DNA of 64,000 nucleotides from Spirochaetota bacterium (GTDB lineage Bacteria; Spirochaetota; UBA4802; UBA5550): NCBI GenBank assembly GCA_963663865.1, contig OY760686.1, positions 992,001 to 1,056,000 of the forward strand, read 5' to 3'. Shown piece by piece: positions 62,231 to 64,000 of this stretch (position 1 is its first letter; each line of letters starts with the position of its first letter). The notes under the pieces were generated by a model. It saw only the letters and a program-made list of their open reading frames with translations, ran no database searches and was not told where the DNA came from. The position numbers and the translations under genes were made by a program.

Positions 62231-63526
62231 ATGTTCTGGAACGAGGAAATTGAGACCATTGACCGTAAGTCTCTCGAGAAGATGCAGCTTGAAAAGCTGA
62301 GAATAGCCCTTTCAAGGGCGGCGTCGACCCCATACTACAACAAGGTTTTTAGTGATAATAGAGTCAATATCGATTCAGTGAAAAGCCTTGACCACCTGAA
62401 GGACCTGCCTTTTACAACAAAGAATGACCTGAGGCTGAGCTACCCGGACGGCATGCTGGCCGTTCCGCGTTCTGAGATAATCAGAATGCACGCGTCATCG
62501 GGTACTACCGGAAAGTCCACGGTGATTTTTTACACAGCCGAAGATATTAAGGGATGGGCTGGACTTGCCGCAAGAAGCATGATGGCTACCGGAACGACCA
62601 GAGATGATGTCTTTCAGAACATGATGGGCTATGGTCTTTTTACCGGCGGCCTGGGCATGCATTACGGAGGCGAAACCCTCGGGTGCATGGTGATTCCATC
62701 ATCCACAGGAAATACGCTGAAGCAGATTCAGCTGATGCAGGACTTCAATACCACAGTCATCCACATTACTCCGAGTTACGCGCTGCACCTTGCCGACGCA
62801 GTCAGGGAGCATGGGCTTAACCCGGCTGACCTTTCGGTCAAGAAGGCATATCTTGGAGCGGAGCCTTACTCGGACGGTGTCCGAAAGAAGATTGAAGAGC
62901 AGTGGGGTCTCGACGCCTATAACTCATACGGCATGTCGGAGCTGAACGGTCCTGCTGTAGCCTTTGAGTGCGAGCAGAAGTGCGGAATGCACATATGGGA
63001 AGATTTCTATATTGTTGAGGTAATAAATCCCGATACGCTTGAGGTATTACCCGATGGAGAAGAGGGGGAGCTGGTTGTAACTCATGTCGGCCGGGAGGCA
63101 ATGCCGCTCATAAGGTACAGGACGCGGGACTTGACGAGAATAATTCCCGGGCAATGTGCCTGCGGAAGGACTCACCGCAGAGTCGACCGAATGAAGGGCC
63201 GCACTGACGACATGCTCATAGTCGGCGGGGTTAACGTTTTCCCGTCTCAGATTGAAACAGTATTGATGAAGATTCCCGAAGTGGGAAATAACTATCAGAT
63301 AGTCCTCACCCGCGAGGAGAACCTCGACAGGCTCACAGTGAAGGTTGAACTCTATTCCAAGATGTTTCATGGAGAGCTGAAGGAGCTTGCAAAGCTTAAG
63401 AGCAGGATCGTTGATGAAATGCGTTCACTGATAACCGTCAACGCTCGAATTGAACTGCTGGAGCCGGGTTCGCTTCCGCCGAGTACGGGAAAGGCTGTCA
63501 GGGTAATAGACAGCAGGGAAATATAG
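62231..63526 (+). CDS. paaK: Phenylacetate-CoA ligase family protein
   Basis: LPFTTK, HASSGTTGK, YGLFTGG, GAEP, YGMSE, RYRTRD, GRTDDMLIV.GVNVFP. Confidence 0.92.
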   Translation: MFWNEEIETIDRKSLEKMQLEKLRIALSRAASTPYYNKVFSDNRVNIDSVKSLDHLKDLPFTTKNDLRLSYPDGMLAVPRSEIIRMHASSGTTGKSTVIFYTAEDIKGWAGLAARSMMATGTTRDDVFQNMMGYGLFTGGLGMHYGGETLGCMVIPSSTGNTLKQIQLMQDFNTTVIHITPSYALHLADAVREHGLNPADLSVKKAYLGAEPYSDGVRKKIEEQWGLDAYNSYGMSELNGPAVAFECEQKCGMHIWEDFYIVEVINPDTLEVLPDGEEGELVVTHVGREAMPLIRYRTRDLTRIIPGQCACGRTHRRVDRMKGRTDDMLIVGGVNVFPSQIETVLMKIPEVGNNYQIVLTREENLDRLTVKVELYSKMFHGELKELAKLKSRIVDEMRSLITVNARIELLEPGSLPPSTGKAVRVIDSREI

Positions 63527-63551
63527 GAGATAACCGGAAGGAGGTCGCATC

Positions 63552-63980
63552 ATGCCGCAGCAGGTATCAGTCTTCGCGGAGAACAGGCCGGGTAAAATTG
63601 AAAAGATTACCGGTGTTCTTGTTCGTAACTCAATCAATATCAGGGCAATCACCATATCTGATTCGGGAGAATACGGAATAATCAAGCTGCTTCTTGACAG
63701 GCCGACTGAGGGCTGCGCCGCTCTTTGCGACAGCGGCATAACGGCGACATTGAAGGACATTGTTGCCGTGAAGATTGAAGATTCTCCCGGAGGGCTGCAT
63801 CGCGCGGCGTCTGTGCTCTCTGCCGGAAATATCAACGTTGAGGACGCTTACGGCTTTATTCTGAAGAGCAGTAATTCAGCCGCATTTGTGTTTCAGGTGG
63901 ACAATATTGCCGGAACAGAGAAGCTTCTGAGAGAGGCAGGTTTTCAGATTATTGCCGACAGCGACCTTTATCTGCTGTAG
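63552..63980 (+). CDS. Tandem ACT-domain protein
   Basis: QVSVFAENRPG, INIRA, D.PGGL, INVE; commonly adjacent to paaK. Confidence 0.88.
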   Translation: MPQQVSVFAENRPGKIEKITGVLVRNSINIRAITISDSGEYGIIKLLLDRPTEGCAALCDSGITATLKDIVAVKIEDSPGGLHRAASVLSAGNINVEDAYGFILKSSNSAAFVFQVDNIAGTEKLLREAGFQIIADSDLYLL

Positions 63981-64000
63981 GGCACGGTGCGATTGCCGGT

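Overview
Bacterial chromosomal window, most consistent with an anaerobic Spirochaetota-like organism (inferred from gene types, not from a marker gene). Most of it is housekeeping and signalling genes: nadE, leuB, mtaB, a four-gene two-component cluster, fba, a moxR-DUF58-batABCD operon, mazG, glyA, comM, polA, glgP, paaK-ACT. An AT-richer accessory block (~40.6-50.6 kb) holds a heterodimeric ABC transporter, a cluster of palindromic repeats around an ORF6N gene, a full-length group II intron (46038-48002, minus strand) and an Ig/propeller lipoprotein. The best candidate for an undescribed system is a translationally coupled operon at 55072-59476 encoding a glutamine-synthetase/gamma-glutamylcysteine-ligase-fold protein, a phosphatidylserine-decarboxylase-like protein and a divergent Lgt-like membrane protein, possibly a new lipid or lipidation pathway. 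Also notable: a 1428-aa lipoprotein whose N-terminal part matches anthrax protective-antigen (binary toxin B) motifs in order, a Rab-like GTPase module with OmpA/BON and HD-GYP genes, and an intron inserted in the centre of a palindrome. All assignments come from motif recognition by eye; no searches were run. No rRNA, tRNA or CRISPR array was seen.
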